Shown here: positions 13,052 through 26,715 of the stretch, piece by piece | Numbering within the stretch: position 1 is the first letter of the stretch | How the letters are laid out: every line of letters starts with the position of its first letter | Assembly: GCA_043228905.1 (NCBI GenBank) | Contig: JBHGNT010000020.1 | Location: 8,122,001-8,186,000 of the forward strand | Source of the DNA: Azolla caroliniana | Taxonomy: Eukaryota > Plantae > Polypodiophyta | Reading direction: 5' to 3' | DNA length: 64,000 nucleotides | The notes under the pieces: generated by a model | The model's input: the letters and a program-made list of their open reading frames with translations, nothing else | Told to the model about the DNA's origin: nothing | Databases searched by the model: none | Position numbers and translations under genes: made by a program

Positions 13052-16000
13052 ATGCCTCTTACCGCTTCAACAGAAACCCGCACCTGGCTCCAGGAACGAG
13101 GAATGGGCGGTTACCTGAAGATCATCGATGCCCCCGCGCACCCGGATGCCCAAGGAGTGACTAGACGTATTTGTCCCGAAGCCATCACCAACAACGTGCT
13201 TCGGGCTGCTTTGGACCTACAACGGGGAGGGGACCATGAGGTCGACATACCCCCGGCATCGATGTTGAAAGAGTACTTCGGTGAGTACTCAGCCTCAGGG
13301 AAGGCATATCGCACGTATGGCGGTCCCAACAGAGCTTTCGGGGAGATTGCTCGTATATTGATGGAGTATGCGTTCGTGCATACGAACCTGACGAGCATGC
13401 CGCAGAACAAGGCAACCATCATCATTAGCGTGTATGAAGGAAACAGAGTCGATTGGGGAATCATCACAGGCGAAGGACTCCGTGCCGCCTTAGCCTCATT
13501 CCAGTCAGGTAAGAAGATGTTGTCTGTTCTTACCCACTTTTTGACGGTTCTATACCCACCCTCTTCTCTTCCTTCCCCTCGGACACTCACGTCCCCACCA
13601 CCACCACGAAGGCAGAGAGAGAAATCGGTTGCCATCAGCCACGAAGCATGGGAGGAGCCCACACCACCTTCACCTCCTGCCGCCGACCAAAACCCCGCAT
13701 CGGCACCACCACCCACCCAACCCCAACAAAACAGGGCAGTTCCCGAGACCTACCAAGAATGGGAGGAGGAGACAGCCACGGAGGACAACACGGCAGACGA
13801 TGTCACCATTCGACAGCCAACGCCGCGTCCCTCGGTAACTCCCCCAGAGCCTAGCCCACGCCCCAACATACAGCAGGCAGCACCACCACGACCCCAGAAA
13901 AGGAAGCAGGTGGAGGAAACGACACCACCGGCCCCGGAACCCCAAACCCAGCTGAGCAAGAAAAGATGAGTCAACCGCGAGTCCTCGGCAGAACAGAAAG
14001 AGCCACAACAGGAGCAAGCCTTAGTTGTCAGCCAAAGCAACCTGGCCATCATCCCTGTGGAGGCATCGCCGAACCAGGGAAAGATCGAGCATGGGTAGAC
14101 AACGCAAATCTCGGAGGATGAAGTCCTCGGTTATAAAGACCTCCCCGCGGAGGCATACGAATTTAGTGCGCTCCTATGCCTCGGTACGACATTCGAGCTG
14201 GTCGACTTCCTCGCCAGAGCCCAAGTCGCGACAGCTACTCGAATGGCGGAAGAGCATGCCGAAACAAAAATGATTCAACTCGCGCTATTAGGTGAAATTG
14301 AGCCCAAGGACGACAGGGCTTTACAAAAAATAGGGAGGAAGAAGCAGGCAAAACAGGTCGCTCTCCTCATGGAGGTCCCTGAGTTGAACACGGCCCTCAT
14401 CGAGGCATATAGGGACCTGGATCGCACTACGCGGGCAGCCAAAGACATGGCCCGAAAGATAAAAACAACCCAAAAACAGGCTAAGGTGGCTACGGAGTTA
14501 TGGCACGCTGCGAAACAGAAATTTGCAGCCTGGGAGCAAAACCGGCCAGAACAACAACTCTTGAGCCTTCCGGCCACGACCACCAAGGCCCTCCCAGCCC
14601 CTCCACGCATAACAATGATAGATGAAAGCACCTTCACGGATTCAATCCTGACGATCCAGGCCAGCACACTAACAGACTTGTTACAAATGGTCGATGCCTG
14701 CACAACAACCGAGGCGGCCACGCCCATGGAGAAGACCGAGACACCACCCCCTCGTCCACCCAAGGAGGTGGCAACCCAGACAGAACCCCCGCTCCGGGAT
14801 TACCGAGCGGAGCTTAAAGAAGAACAACGACGGACCGAGAGACACGAACAACGGCATCAAGAGGCCATGGCTCGCTTAAAAGAAGAAGCTTCCAAACGGA
14901 TGGCCGAGATTAGAGCCCAGGCCGACCAAAGGATACACGAGCAGAACGAAGCACTGGGCCGGGTACAAGCACAAGCCGCAGGCAAAGAAGCAGAACTCAA
15001 AAGCAAGCTGGAGGAATACGCAGCCACAGTGGCAGAGAAAGAGAAGGAGGTCCTAGACCTACAGGCCGCGCTCAACAATGCGAAAGACTGGAACCACCGG
15101 CAGGAGGAAAGAAATCGCCAACGGGAGGAGAGAATGATCACGGAGAATGCCGAGCTGCAGAGTCAGCGTACGACCCTTAAAGAAATGGTTGACGAGTTTT
15201 TCATCAAATGCAAGCTAGTTTCGGAGCAAAAAGACGAATTATCTGATTCCTACCTCGCCCTACAAGAAGAGAGAATCGTCGAACGGGAACAAGTCCGGGC
15301 CGCGTGTCAAAAAGAATGGGAGAAAGCTACCAAAGAGCTCACCAAGCATTACGAGCAGTCTATCCAGCTCGTAACCACGGACGCAAAGAACACTCAAGCC
15401 ACCTATGAACTACTCGCAAAGAAGCTTCAGGCCGAGGTCAACGACTTAAAAGAGGAATTGGCAGCCGTCCGAGCACAGCCCGGCATGGATGAGACACCCA
15501 TCAGAATACTGATCGAGAAATAGCGCCAACACCTCACCAAAAAGGTCAAGGAAACATTAAGTCGCGTAGGAGAAGAATGGGCAGCCCAAGCTGCCGAATT
15601 GCATATTTTAAGCCGACGCCGAGAATCGACGGAAGGAGGGCCGCGGCTTTTACAAAATGGACGAAGGGCAGCATACAAAACCTCCGTGCAGATTTAACCG
15701 AGGATTACCAGTCCTTGGCGAAATCTCACACCGCAGCAATCAAGCAAATGCTGGAAGACTTCAATGACGATCAGATGTTGTTTCGCTTGGAAGCAGAACC
15801 CCTCGAACGAGAACGGCTCGCAGCCATCCCAACCAACCCTCCAACGGCCACAGATTAGAAGGAAGAACCTCCCAGCGAGGAGATCACGGACACGGCACAG
15901 AAGGAACTCGCCCCGGCCAACAGACCTCCCGAGGACGCCCACACGGTACCAAATCTAGTCGAAGTAGAGGTCAGCCCCCTCGAACCCACACCACCACCAG

Positions 16001-16146
16001 ACGAATCGGCTGCACCTGAGGCGGACGCCCGAGAGGATATGACACCCCCGGACCAAACTCAACCCCCCGCACCGACAGTCCAACCAGACCACCCTGCCAC
16101 CACCCCGGACCCCGAAAACATCCTCGACATCTTAGAAGAGGAATGA
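13052..16146 (+). pseudogene. G1 extra 3' ORF2 (globular N-terminal domain, Pro-rich linker, coiled coil, acidic tail), frameshifted
   Basis: ORF pieces 13052-13969, 14243-15523 and 15577-15858; EYFGEYS...KAYRT.GG and VDW motifs shared with G2/G3; ends ILDILEEE*. Confidence 0.85.
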
Positions 16147-16202
16147 AACGAGGATCACGCCTAAAAGGCAATTTTTGTAATGTTGTTAGTATTTTGTAAG
16201 TC

Positions 16203-16242
16203 GTGGGTCCGACGGACAAGGTCCTGTCCCACGGGCGTGCCA
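16203..16242 (+). other. tRNA-Arg 3'-half-like element in the PPT position of G1
   Basis: GTGGGTCCGA-CGGACAAGGTCCT-GTCCCAC-GGGCGTGCCA, then GG, then the 3' LTR; no purine tract. Confidence 0.8.
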
Positions 16243-17369
16243 GGTGTTGTCTAGAGGACAGAAATGTAAATTAGGAAATTAGCAAACGGCGGTAGTGTAA
16301 CTGAGTAGGAAAGAACGCCAGTGAGCGCCGAGTCCGAGTATCACGGGCCACCGACGGCTCGGCTGTGTATTAGGGGAAACGTTATTTAAACAAGGTCGAG
16401 TACCTTAGAGAGGGGGATAAAAAGTATAGGCGGAAGCACTAGCAAATTCCATCGTAATTAGATACTATTGTAAGGTCACCGGCCGTAGGCCGCGCTCTAT
16501 AACCCTTTTGCTGTCGCATTAATACATATCTGTTATTGTGCCCATCTTGCTCCATGAGTCTGTGTTTTCTCTCATGTTTCTGAATTAAGCGCCGTCCACA
16601 CTTATCAAGATCTCACTAGTGTTCCATCTCGGATTATTTTCTACCTCACGACGCCTCTGTTTACGAGCCTTCACGTAACACATCCTTTGCTACCGATAAC
16701 CTCAGGTCTATCGAAGGTGTCACCCAAAGGAACGGGTAACACTATGCGTACTAATTATGGAAGAGCCCACTTGAACACTAGAGCAATAACCATTTTGGCG
16801 AGCATGTTCATGTATCTTCTTTCCTTCCTCAACAGAATCTATGGTAGCAGAAGCTTTGAAGAGGCAAACAAATGTATAATGGGTTGGTTGAACACCATCG
16901 TCAATCATAGATTGATAAGCTTCAAGGGCAAATTGTCCTTCTTGGTTCTCTATACATGTAGATATAATGAATGTCCATGTGAAATCATTCCGACATGATA
17001 ACTTTGTGGATATCTCGTATGCATGGTTTACATCCCCACATGCTACTGATGTCTTCACCATGTGTTGACCCATGTATGCATCCATATCAACATTATGAAC
17101 TTTGAAGGACCATATGGGTATATATATGATTAGCATGATGAAGAGCCTTTCTCTACAACATGCTTTGAGCAAAGTAATGTAAGCCTTATCAGATTATGAA
17201 GATTATGCATTTTGGATGTTTGTTACTAGAATTTATGAAAAAATGCATATGGCTATTAAGAAAGTAATGTGATATTTGCAATGTTATTAACTTTTTTATC
17301 TTTAAAAAAAGTTTTACCTTCAATAGACCAAAATAAAGTAAAAAGAAAGAAAACAGATTGGATAGAAGA

Positions 17370-20300
17370 ACCCATTCCACCCGACCATCCCGGTGCTATG
17401 ATCTAGACATAGCCAACTTACCACCGACGTCCCATACCGCCGGATATTAGGATGACTAATACCTTGAAAGCGATAAATACGATCATCGTGACAAAATCCT
17501 AGCCCGCACCACCGGTGTCTAAGACAACAACCTTCCGATGTAATGTGCTTATGAGGGTAGCTAAGCCTCATATTTATACCTCTTCCTAGGCCCCTTGAAT
17601 AGATGTGCCTTTCTAAAAGGTTCTCCATTCATTGGTTGTCCAAATCATGATAGTGCATGCACCTATCATTCCTTCTATCCAATCACATTGGTCCTCTCTT
17701 TAACATTAGTGAACATACCCTTCACTTATGTAAATATTAGTGACCTACTCTCACCTACGTTATGTGTGCATAACATACTCCCCTACTTCAAAAGATTGCA
17801 CTCTTGCAATATAAAATGAGGAAATTATGCCTTAAGAGTATGCTCGCGTTCCCATGTGGCATCATCAATAGGTTTATCCATCCATTTGATCTTGAATAGC
17901 TGAATCTCTTTAGAACATAAACGTTTAGTATGAGAATCAAGATTTTGGTCAACAACATGAGGTTTGTAAGAAAAATCCTCTAATGTTACAAGATCTTGGA
18001 TTGTGATGGTGTTATCACTAGAGCCTAAAAATGGTTTTAGACAGCTGATGTGAAAAACGGGATGAATACCAATATGCAACATTTGGTTCATGTCTTGCAA
18101 AAAATTGTGTGTACTGTCTAATGTGTCACGACATCGACTAGGGCATGTGGTTGAAAACCATACATCAACATAAAAGGACTATATCTTGTGGATGTATGTT
18201 TAGAGCTATTATAGGCAAGTTCTAAGATAGGAAGGTATTGCTCCCACTTAGAAGGGGTTTTTGCTACATAAACTCAAATCATGTCCTCAATAATTTGATT
18301 AACTCGTTCAATTTGTCCATCAGATTGTGGATGATCTGTGGAACTCATGCTCAACGTAGTTTCTAGTTTCTTAAAGACTTGAGTCCAAAAGTCACTAGTA
18401 AACTTGGAATCTCTATCACTAACAATATCCATCAGTAATCCATAAAAATGAAATAACTCATCAACAAATTGATAAGCCAATTGTTGAGCGGTTACTGTGG
18501 TTTTGGTAGGAATAAATCTAGCCAATTTTGTTAGTCGGTCAACGACAACCCAAATGGCATCTTGACCCCTTTGTGTATGAGGTAAACTAACAATAAAATC
18601 CATCGAGATACTTTCCCATTTGTTGTTGGGAATATCTAAAGGATGTAAAAGACTAGCAACTTTAAGTCATTCCGACTTATTAATCTTACATTGTAAGCAT
18701 TGAGTCCTCGACAATGCGAATTTGATGATAATTGGTTCGTAAGTCAATTTTCGTAAAATATCGGACCCCATGCAAACGATCAATCAAATCATCAGCACGA
18801 GGTAACGGATATGCATTTTTAATTGTTAGTCTATTCAAACGGCGATAGTTAATACACATTTGCTATGAACCTTCCTTCTTCTTAACTAAAAGAATTGGCG
18901 CACCCCAAGGTGATTTACTATACCTAATGTGGCCCATACTGAAGTATTCCTTAAGTTCTTTAGCGATCTCATCTTCTTCTAATCGACTAAGTCAATAAGG
19001 TGGAATGCTCACAGGAGTAGCATCGGGAATGGGTTCAATCTGATGGTCCACATTACATTGTGGTGGTAAAGTAAGCAACAATTCATTATGAAACATGTCT
19101 TGAAAATCATCTAAAATAGAGTCGAGTAATTGCGTGGCTTCAAGTTTAAAATAATAAAATTGAATTGTTGGATCAATTACACACGAATAAATTGATGAAA
19201 TAGAATACTCACTTAAAGATTTATAAGACAAAAGTGAACGAGAAGGAAGTTTGGAACATTGAATAAAATGTTTACAATTATTAAGTTCAAATGTGATCGA
19301 GTGATTAACCCAATCAATGGACAAAGAAGGGTTTTTATTAAAAAACCGTGGGTATCCTAAAATAACATCTACGGATTGTAGTTTCATAACATGAAAGTCA
19401 AGCTTCTCCAGATAGGTATCTATTTGAATTGGCAGTTGATAAACAATGCCATTGATGTATTGAACGCCTCCATTTGCCATGTGAACTTGATAGATATGAT
19501 CACTTGCGTTTATGTGGAGTTGCATTTGTTGCACCAAGTGATCATTAAGAAAATTGTGAGAACTACCAAAATCAAACAAGAAATGTGCTTGTGTTCCATT
19601 GATATACCCGACTGCTCGGAGTAAATCATTAGGTTCAAGTAAATGTGAAGGAAAAGTGGATTCACATGAACTTCAATAACATCAAAAGACTCACTTGTGT
19701 GACTCGTAAATTTGTCTGGAGGAGGGTTATTCATTGACTTCATCTCAAGACGATGATAGGTATCCTTTGTGGCCCCGATTCTTGTAATATGCATAGAAGA
19801 GGTTCGGTTTCTTTGAGTCGTAGTCAAGAGTGTCATTGGATTGCTTACGTTTCCCAATGAACTTGACATTCGGAGTTTTGGCGAACTTAAGTTTATTGTG
19901 GTCTTTCTTGGAATTCCTATGTGTTAAGAAACAAGCTCAACAAAAGCATGTGATCCTCATTAGAAAATGAGATCTTCTAAAGTAGCTATTAGGAAATTAG
20001 CTACTAGTGGACATATAAGTAAAACAACTATTTAGCTATTCACAACTAATTAGCTAGTCACAACTAATTAGTTGCATATGTAAGTCACTTATAACTTAGG
20101 TAAAAAAAGTACGAGAGGAGTTGTAAGAAGAGAAGAAGAAAACATACGAGAGAGGTTCTCTCTGTGTAAATGAAATCGAAGCTTTTGGGTTGCGACAGGG
20201 GTAAGTCTCCTTCCCCCTTCTTTTTCTGTCTTGCGCACACTAAACGATCCAGCACATCATGATTCCTTGTGCACAAAGAAGATTCGGGGTGCCTTCGTAA

Positions 20301-23300
20301 CATGGTATCAGAGTAGAGTTGCTCGTAAAGAGGAACAGTACAAATCTGAGAAGTTTGCTTCTGGTTGTTGGTCTCAATCAGAGAGTTGTCTGTGAAGTTA
20401 ATCGTAGCAAAAGCCCTAATTTGAAAGAGAGAATGCAAGCCAAATAGTCATAGAAAAGTTGGACAAAAACAATTTCCCTAGGTGGAAATTCACAATGACA
20501 AATTTCTAGATGGATAAAAGATACTGGGATTACATTGAAGGAGACCTAGAAGAGGTTCCAGAGATCTCTGAAGAAAATGCAACTTTGCACAGATTAAAGC
20601 ATTTAAGGAATGGAATCAAGGGGCAAGGAAAGTATTGCATTGGTTGTCACTTAGCATCTCAGATTCAATGCTTGGACACATACAAGATCCTTTGCTTCCA
20701 AAAGAATCTTTGGACAGTTTGATACAACTACTTGTAGTAAACACAAAGGCTAGAAAGCTTTAGTTGAAGACTAAGCTAAATACCTTGGAAAACGGTAAGA
20801 TGCCAGTTAATGAGTATGCTTTGAAAATAAAGAGCATATGTGAACCACTTGCTTCTATTAATGTAAAGGTAGAAGATGATGATAAGGTGGAAATATGCTT
20901 AAGAGGCTTAGAACCTCAATATAAAAGCTTTAAAACATCTATTCTCACAAGGGATAGGATCCCAAGTTTTCCAGATCTAGTTTCGATGCTTGTAGTGGAA
21001 GAAAGAAATCAGATGGATGGATGATGTACACAAAGGAAACTCCGAGATTGAGGGGCAAGCCCTCTACAATAGTGTTGGAAGAGGCCATGGAAGATTTGGT
21101 TCAGCTAGAACCAACAATAATTATCAAGGAAGAGGACACCAAGCTACAAGTGGAAGAAACAACATCAGAGGTAGGGGGAACAATCGAGGTAGAGGTAAAC
21201 AAACTTTTTTGAATGATGATGATTGTTGGTATTGTGGAAAACCAGGCCATACACATGCTGAATGCTATAAAAAGCAAAATGATGAAAAAAGAGGGAAGAG
21301 ATAGCAAAATAACTATGCTTCAACTAGTGAAAACTGTGATAAAGAAGGTGCATTTATGATACAACATGAGACAAATGTTCACAAAGATGCAATGAAGAGT
21401 ATATGTGGTATGTAGTTTTTGGGGCATCTAATCATATGATTGGACATCCAAATTGGTTTGAAAGTCTAAGAGAATCAGAGATTCTTGGTTATGTACAGAC
21501 AGGTGATAATACCACTCATACAATCAAGCATGTTGGAGATATGCCATTGTGGGAAGAAAAAGGGAAAACAAAGTATAAGTTGAATGTTATGCATGTGCCA
21601 AACCTTGCAAAAAATTTGATTTCTGTTGAATAGATAGTAGAGCAAGGAATTCAAGTTAAGTTTAAGCAAAGTGAATGCTTTATAGAGAAACATGGAAAGC
21701 TTATTGCAAAAGGAAAACGACAAGGAAGAATGTTTGTGTTAGATGTGGATATGCCTAAAAAGATTACAACCATGTTTGTAGAAGGAATGAATGTAATCTC
21801 AGATGTGGAGATGTGGCATAAAAGAATTGGTCACATAAGTATGCAAACCTTGAAAATATATGTTTAGGAAAATGCAATGACTGGACTTCCTAAGTTGAAA
21901 GACTGTGAGATGAACAAAATATGTGAAGCATGCCAATCTGGAAAGCAAAATAGGTTACCTTTCCCTCATGAAAGACATGTAAGCAAAAATTTGTTGGATT
22001 TGGTACATACAGATGTATGGGAACCAACAAAAAATGCGTCAATTGGTGGTTGTAGGTTTTATGTAGCATTTATTGATGATTGCTCAAGGAAAACATGGGT
22101 TTACTTCATGAAAGAGAAAAGTGAAGTATTTGATTTCTTTCGTAAGTTTAAATGCATGGTAGAAAAGTAGGCTGAAACTAGAACAACATGTTTAAGATAT
22201 GATGGAGGAGGAGAATACTTCTCAAATGAATTTTCTAATTTTCTATGCAATCAAGGAATAAGGAGATAGTTCACATGTAGATATACTCCACAACAAAATG
22301 GAGTGGTTGAGAGAAAAAACAGAACTTTGGTGAACATAGCAAGGACCTTGATGACCGAAAAAAATATGCCATTGTATTACTGGGCAGAAGCTGTAAACAC
22401 AACAAACTTTATTCTAAATAGATGTATAACATCTAGAGTACATGAAGTAACTCCTGAAGAATGCTTCTATGGAAGGAAACCTAGTTTAGGACACTTAAAA
22501 GTGTTTGGATGCCTTGCCTATGTCCATGTACCTACTGAAGTAAGAAGTAAGCTTGATCCAAAAGCTTAAAAATGTGTTCTTGTTGGAGATTCAATAGAGC
22601 AAAAAGGGTATAGATGTTATAACCCGTTGAAAAAAAAGATTGTAGTGAGCCGTGATATAATATTTGATGAGTTGGGCAGTTGATACAACTCAAAAGAAAA
22701 TGTAGAAACTGACGAAGACAATGAAAATGAAGATAGGAACAAATCTGAAAATGGAAGTGATAACCATGGAAATGGAAGCAATGTTGGACAACAAAGTTCA
22801 ACATCAATAGAATGTACTGGACCATTTGAAAAATCTAGTAGTAAATCTGAATCAAATGCTTGGAGTGGAAAGAAGGCAAGACAAAAAAAATATGATGATA
22901 AAAAAGGAAAACAAAAGATGCCAAAATATGAAATGTTTGATGAAGGATCTAGAAACATGGAAGATGTAGATTCAGATACATCATTGGATGATGAGCTGGG
23001 TATACGAGCCTTGAAAATCCTTGGTATTGAGAAGGCAATGAAAGATGCAAATAAGAAATTGAGAAAATCAGAGAGAGAGAAAAAGTTTGTTGAAAGATTT
23101 GGTTATGATACAAACATGGCTATGCATTATGCATATATGTCTAAAGTGGTACAGATTCTTGATCCAAATAGTTTTGATGAAGAAAAATCTGATAAGAAAT
23201 GGGTGAATGCAATGCAAGAAGAAATAGATGCATTGGCTGAAAATAAAACATGGGATTTAGTAAAGTTACCAAAAGGAAAAAATGTTGTAGGTTGCAAATG

Positions 23301-25920
23301 GATCTACAAAACAAAGCATGATTCTAATGGGAATGTAAGTAGACATAAATCAAGACTTGTGGCAAAGGGATATGCCCAGATGCAAGGAATTGATTATGAT
23401 GAAACATTTGCACCGGTTGCAAAAATGGCAACCTTGAGGACACTACTTACTATAAGTGTAGCCAAAAGATGGGTTCTGCACCACATGGATGTAAAAAATG
23501 CTTTTTTACATGGTAACTTGGAAGAGGAAGTATACATGTGTCAACCACCAGGATTTCAAGATAAGAAGCATCCAGAATATGTTTGTAAGCTGAAAAAGGC
23601 TCTCTATGGACTGAAACAAGCACCGAGAGCATGACACAAAGAACTTTTAGAATCTTTGAAAAAATTTTCCTTCAAAATATCAAAGGTTGATCCATCATTG
23701 TATATAAAGAAAATGAATGATTGCATTGTTGTGATTTTGATTTATGTTGATGATTTAATCATCAGAGGTGATTTTATGGATGAAATAAATAAGCTAAAGA
23801 AAAATCTGGAAATGCAATTTTATATGAAGGATTTGGGAGAGTTGAGACACTTTCTTGGTATTGAGATGATTAGATCTGAAAGCGGTATATATATGTTGCA
23901 AAAACAGTATGCAACAACTATGTTGAAGAAGTATGGTATGCTTGGATGCAAACCTATTGTACCACTAGATAAGAATTGCAAATTGAGGGTTGATTTGGGA
24001 GCCAAAATAGAAGATGTAAACATGTACAGGTCTATGGTGGGCGGCCTCATATATTTGACTATAACCAGACATGATTTGAGTTATGTTGTTGGATTAGTCA
24101 ACCAGTTTATGCTACAGCCAACAAAGCCACATTTGGACTGCATTAGAAGTATCTTGAGATATGTAAAAGCTATTCAGAACTATGGACTGTTTTACAGGGC
24201 TAATCTAGACATAAAGCTGGAAGGATATATAGATGTTGATTGGGTTGGAAGCCAAACTAATAGAAGATCCACAAGTGGATATATGTTTACATTGGGAAGT
24301 GCAGCTATTTCATGGAATAGCAAGAAACAAGCTATTGTTGCATTATCAAGTACTGAACCTGAATATAGAGGAGCTGCAATAGCTACTTCTGAAGAAGTAT
24401 GGATAAGAAGATTGCTTGCTGATTTGGGAGAGTATATAGATGGTGCAGTCACAATTTGGTGTGACAATATGAGCAACATTCAACTCACAAAAAACCCAGT
24501 GTTCCATGCAAGAACAAAACACATTGAAGTGCATTATCACTTTGTTAGAGAAAAAGTGATTGATGGAGAAGTGAATCTGTTGTATGTAAGCACAAATCAA
24601 CAAGTGGCTGATATTCTTACGAAGGGACTGAGCATAGAAAAACATAGACAGTTTTGAGACATGATGGAAGTTATAAGCATTGGTATGATAACTGAAAAGC
24701 ATGAAGAAAAGAAGATTGAAGATGACCTCAAGAAAGGCTCAGTTGAGCTTGAGGGGGAGTGTTAAGAAACAAGCTCAACAAAAGCATGTGATGCTCATTG
24801 GAAAATGAGATATTCTAAAGTAGCTATTAGGAAATTAGCTACTAGTGGACATATAAGTAAAACAACTATTTAGCTATTCACAGCTAATTAGCTATATATG
24901 TAAGTCACTTATAACTTAGGTAAAAAAAGTATGAGAGGAGTTGTAAGAAGAGAAGAAGAAAACATACGAGAGAGGTTCTCTCTGTGTAAATGAAATAGAA
25001 GCTTTTGGGTTGCGATAGAGGTAAGTCTCCTTCCCCTTTCTTTTTCTGTCTTGAGCACACTAAACGATCCAACACATCACGATCCGTTGTGCACAAAGAA
25101 GAGCCGGAGCGCTTTCGTAATAGTATAGTACAGAAGTTCAATGTTGACGGCTTCCTCGAAAGTTGTGGGATCCTTGTCATGGACAATCCAATGGTAATCC
25201 CCATTGGGAATACCATTCAAAAAACAAGCGACAAACCATTTCTCATCCGTAAGTCCAAATTTTTGGATCTAGGTCCGAGCATGATGCACATAATCCTCGA
25301 GAGAGGTAAATGTCTTACTCGACAACGTGAGCAAGTGTTGCGCTTGTTCGGTTTGAGAAGGTGGCTGCAAGAACTGTTTCTTAAAAACATCAACGAAACC
25401 TTCCCAAGTTGTGGGTAAGTTCTTTTTAGTCCTTAGGCGCCGTGCCACCAAACAGGAACTCGACCACCTAACTCACAACTGACATAACCAAATTTTATAA
25501 CATCGGGCTTGGGATGGAGCTCAAAGTGAGGCTCCCAACGACCAAGCCAAGTGTTAATGACCTCCTCAGTTCTTTCTTTCTTATCTCCCTTGAATGGTGT
25601 GACTACGAAAGAAGGTTCACCTTCTTTGTTGGACTCAATAGTCAATTCTTGGAATTTCTTTTCCAAATCCATATTGGCTTGCCGCATTTCGGCCAATTGA
25701 TTCAAGGTAGTAGTGAGCAATTGCTCAATAGTGATCTCAGCTTGTGTGCGAGATGCGGATTGGAGTTGAAAGGTCTCGGTCGAAGAGATCGCTCCAACAA
25801 TGTTCAAAACTTGTTCAATGATGCAAGATGTGTGTACGCAATATAAATAAGGAGGTTCAAAAAATACACAAGCAAAATCAATGCTTGAAATTTTGATTAG
25901 AAGAACTTTATCCAAGAAAG
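17370..25920 (-). mobile_element. Degenerate chromoviral Gypsy element (gag, PR, partial RT, INT, chromodomain), interrupted by Copia C
   Basis: gag at 25915-25130, PR FDFGSSHNFL, INT MDFIVSLP...IVSDRDSKF...HPQSDGQIER, chromodomain FKIKWMDKPIDDATWE; PPT (reverse complement AAGTAGGGGAGTA) abuts an LTR ending at 17775. Outer limits approximate; most of RT/RH deleted. Confidence 0.75.
19922..25122 (+). mobile_element. Copia LTR retrotransposon C, AT-rich and decayed
   Basis: LTRs at 19922-20302 and 24760-25122; PBS TGGTATCAGAG (tRNA-iMet); PPT GAGGGGGAG; gag CCHC, INT, RT YVDD, RH with many stops; TSD degraded. Confidence 0.92.
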
Positions 25921-26715
25921 CATCTCACATCTTTACCCCTCTAGACATATGAGATGTGATTCAAGATCCGATAACTATGGTAACACTATGGTGTTTTAAA
26001 AACCATGGGAGAAAACATAGCTAAGATGTCTTTCTCGGATCTCTATCTTGAATAATCATGGCGGCTCCCTGAGGCTCAACCATAGTTCTAATATCAATGT
26101 AATTTCCTAGTTAGCCTTATATTAAAATGCCAACCTAACATGTATTGATATGGTCGAGAAAGTGTATTACGTGCAAAAATAAGTGCACTCGCAAGTAATA
26201 TGCTAGTCTTGCGAGTAACAAGCAAATGGATGAAAAAAAGGAGAAAAAAAAGTCACTACATATAAGAGTCAAGAAGTGATGAAAACAAGGTTCAAAAAAC
26301 CATGTGTTACCTACTAAACAAAAATGCCACAAATAAATGGATGGTGCGAGGTATGCACATATCCATCCCAATATGGTGATTGTAATTTGCACAATTGTGA
26401 CATAAGCCACAAATGAATACAAATGGTGGTTGTGGTGTTCGCAAAGATGTAGTACTCAAATTTATGAGTAAAATATCAATAGGGAACTCGTGTGTTTTTA
26501 ATCGAGTTCTAAGGCTCGATTACATGAGTTAAACCTAGATGACCCATTGGAAAAAATGGTTCAAAAAGCGGCATGATGCCCACTCAATATGAAAAAATAG
26601 TTTACATGGAAGCGTTATAACATAGGTAAATGCACGTAATTACTTTAAACATGAAAAGTAATGGTAAAAAAATGAGAGTAAAGTGTGAGTGGGTAGATGA
26701 CAATCACAAGAAAAT

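Larger units (their letters stand above)
6594..16741 (+). mobile_element. Gypsy LTR retrotransposon G1 (non-chromovirus, Athila/Selgy-like, no archaeal RNase H), full length but decayed
   Basis: 497-bp LTRs at 6594-7090 and 16245-16741 (TGTTG...TAACA, about a dozen mismatches by eye); TSD CTATG at 6589-6593 and 16742-16746; gag-PR-RT-RH-INT order with stops. Confidence 0.95.
6380..17200 (-). pseudogene. PLS-class pentatricopeptide repeat (PPR) pseudogene split by Gypsy G1 (pieces ~17200-16747 and 6593-~6380)
   Basis: Right piece encodes ...RNDFTWTFIIST..ENQEGQFALEAYQSMIDDGVQPTHYTFVCLFKA...EEGKKIHEHA...GSSIISTH. Left of the element it resumes as SKC*DIVEAEN...SLPSWDVVTWNIMLSAYV...KALKLYRKMQDEG, with stops and frameshifts. 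Confidence 0.8.
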
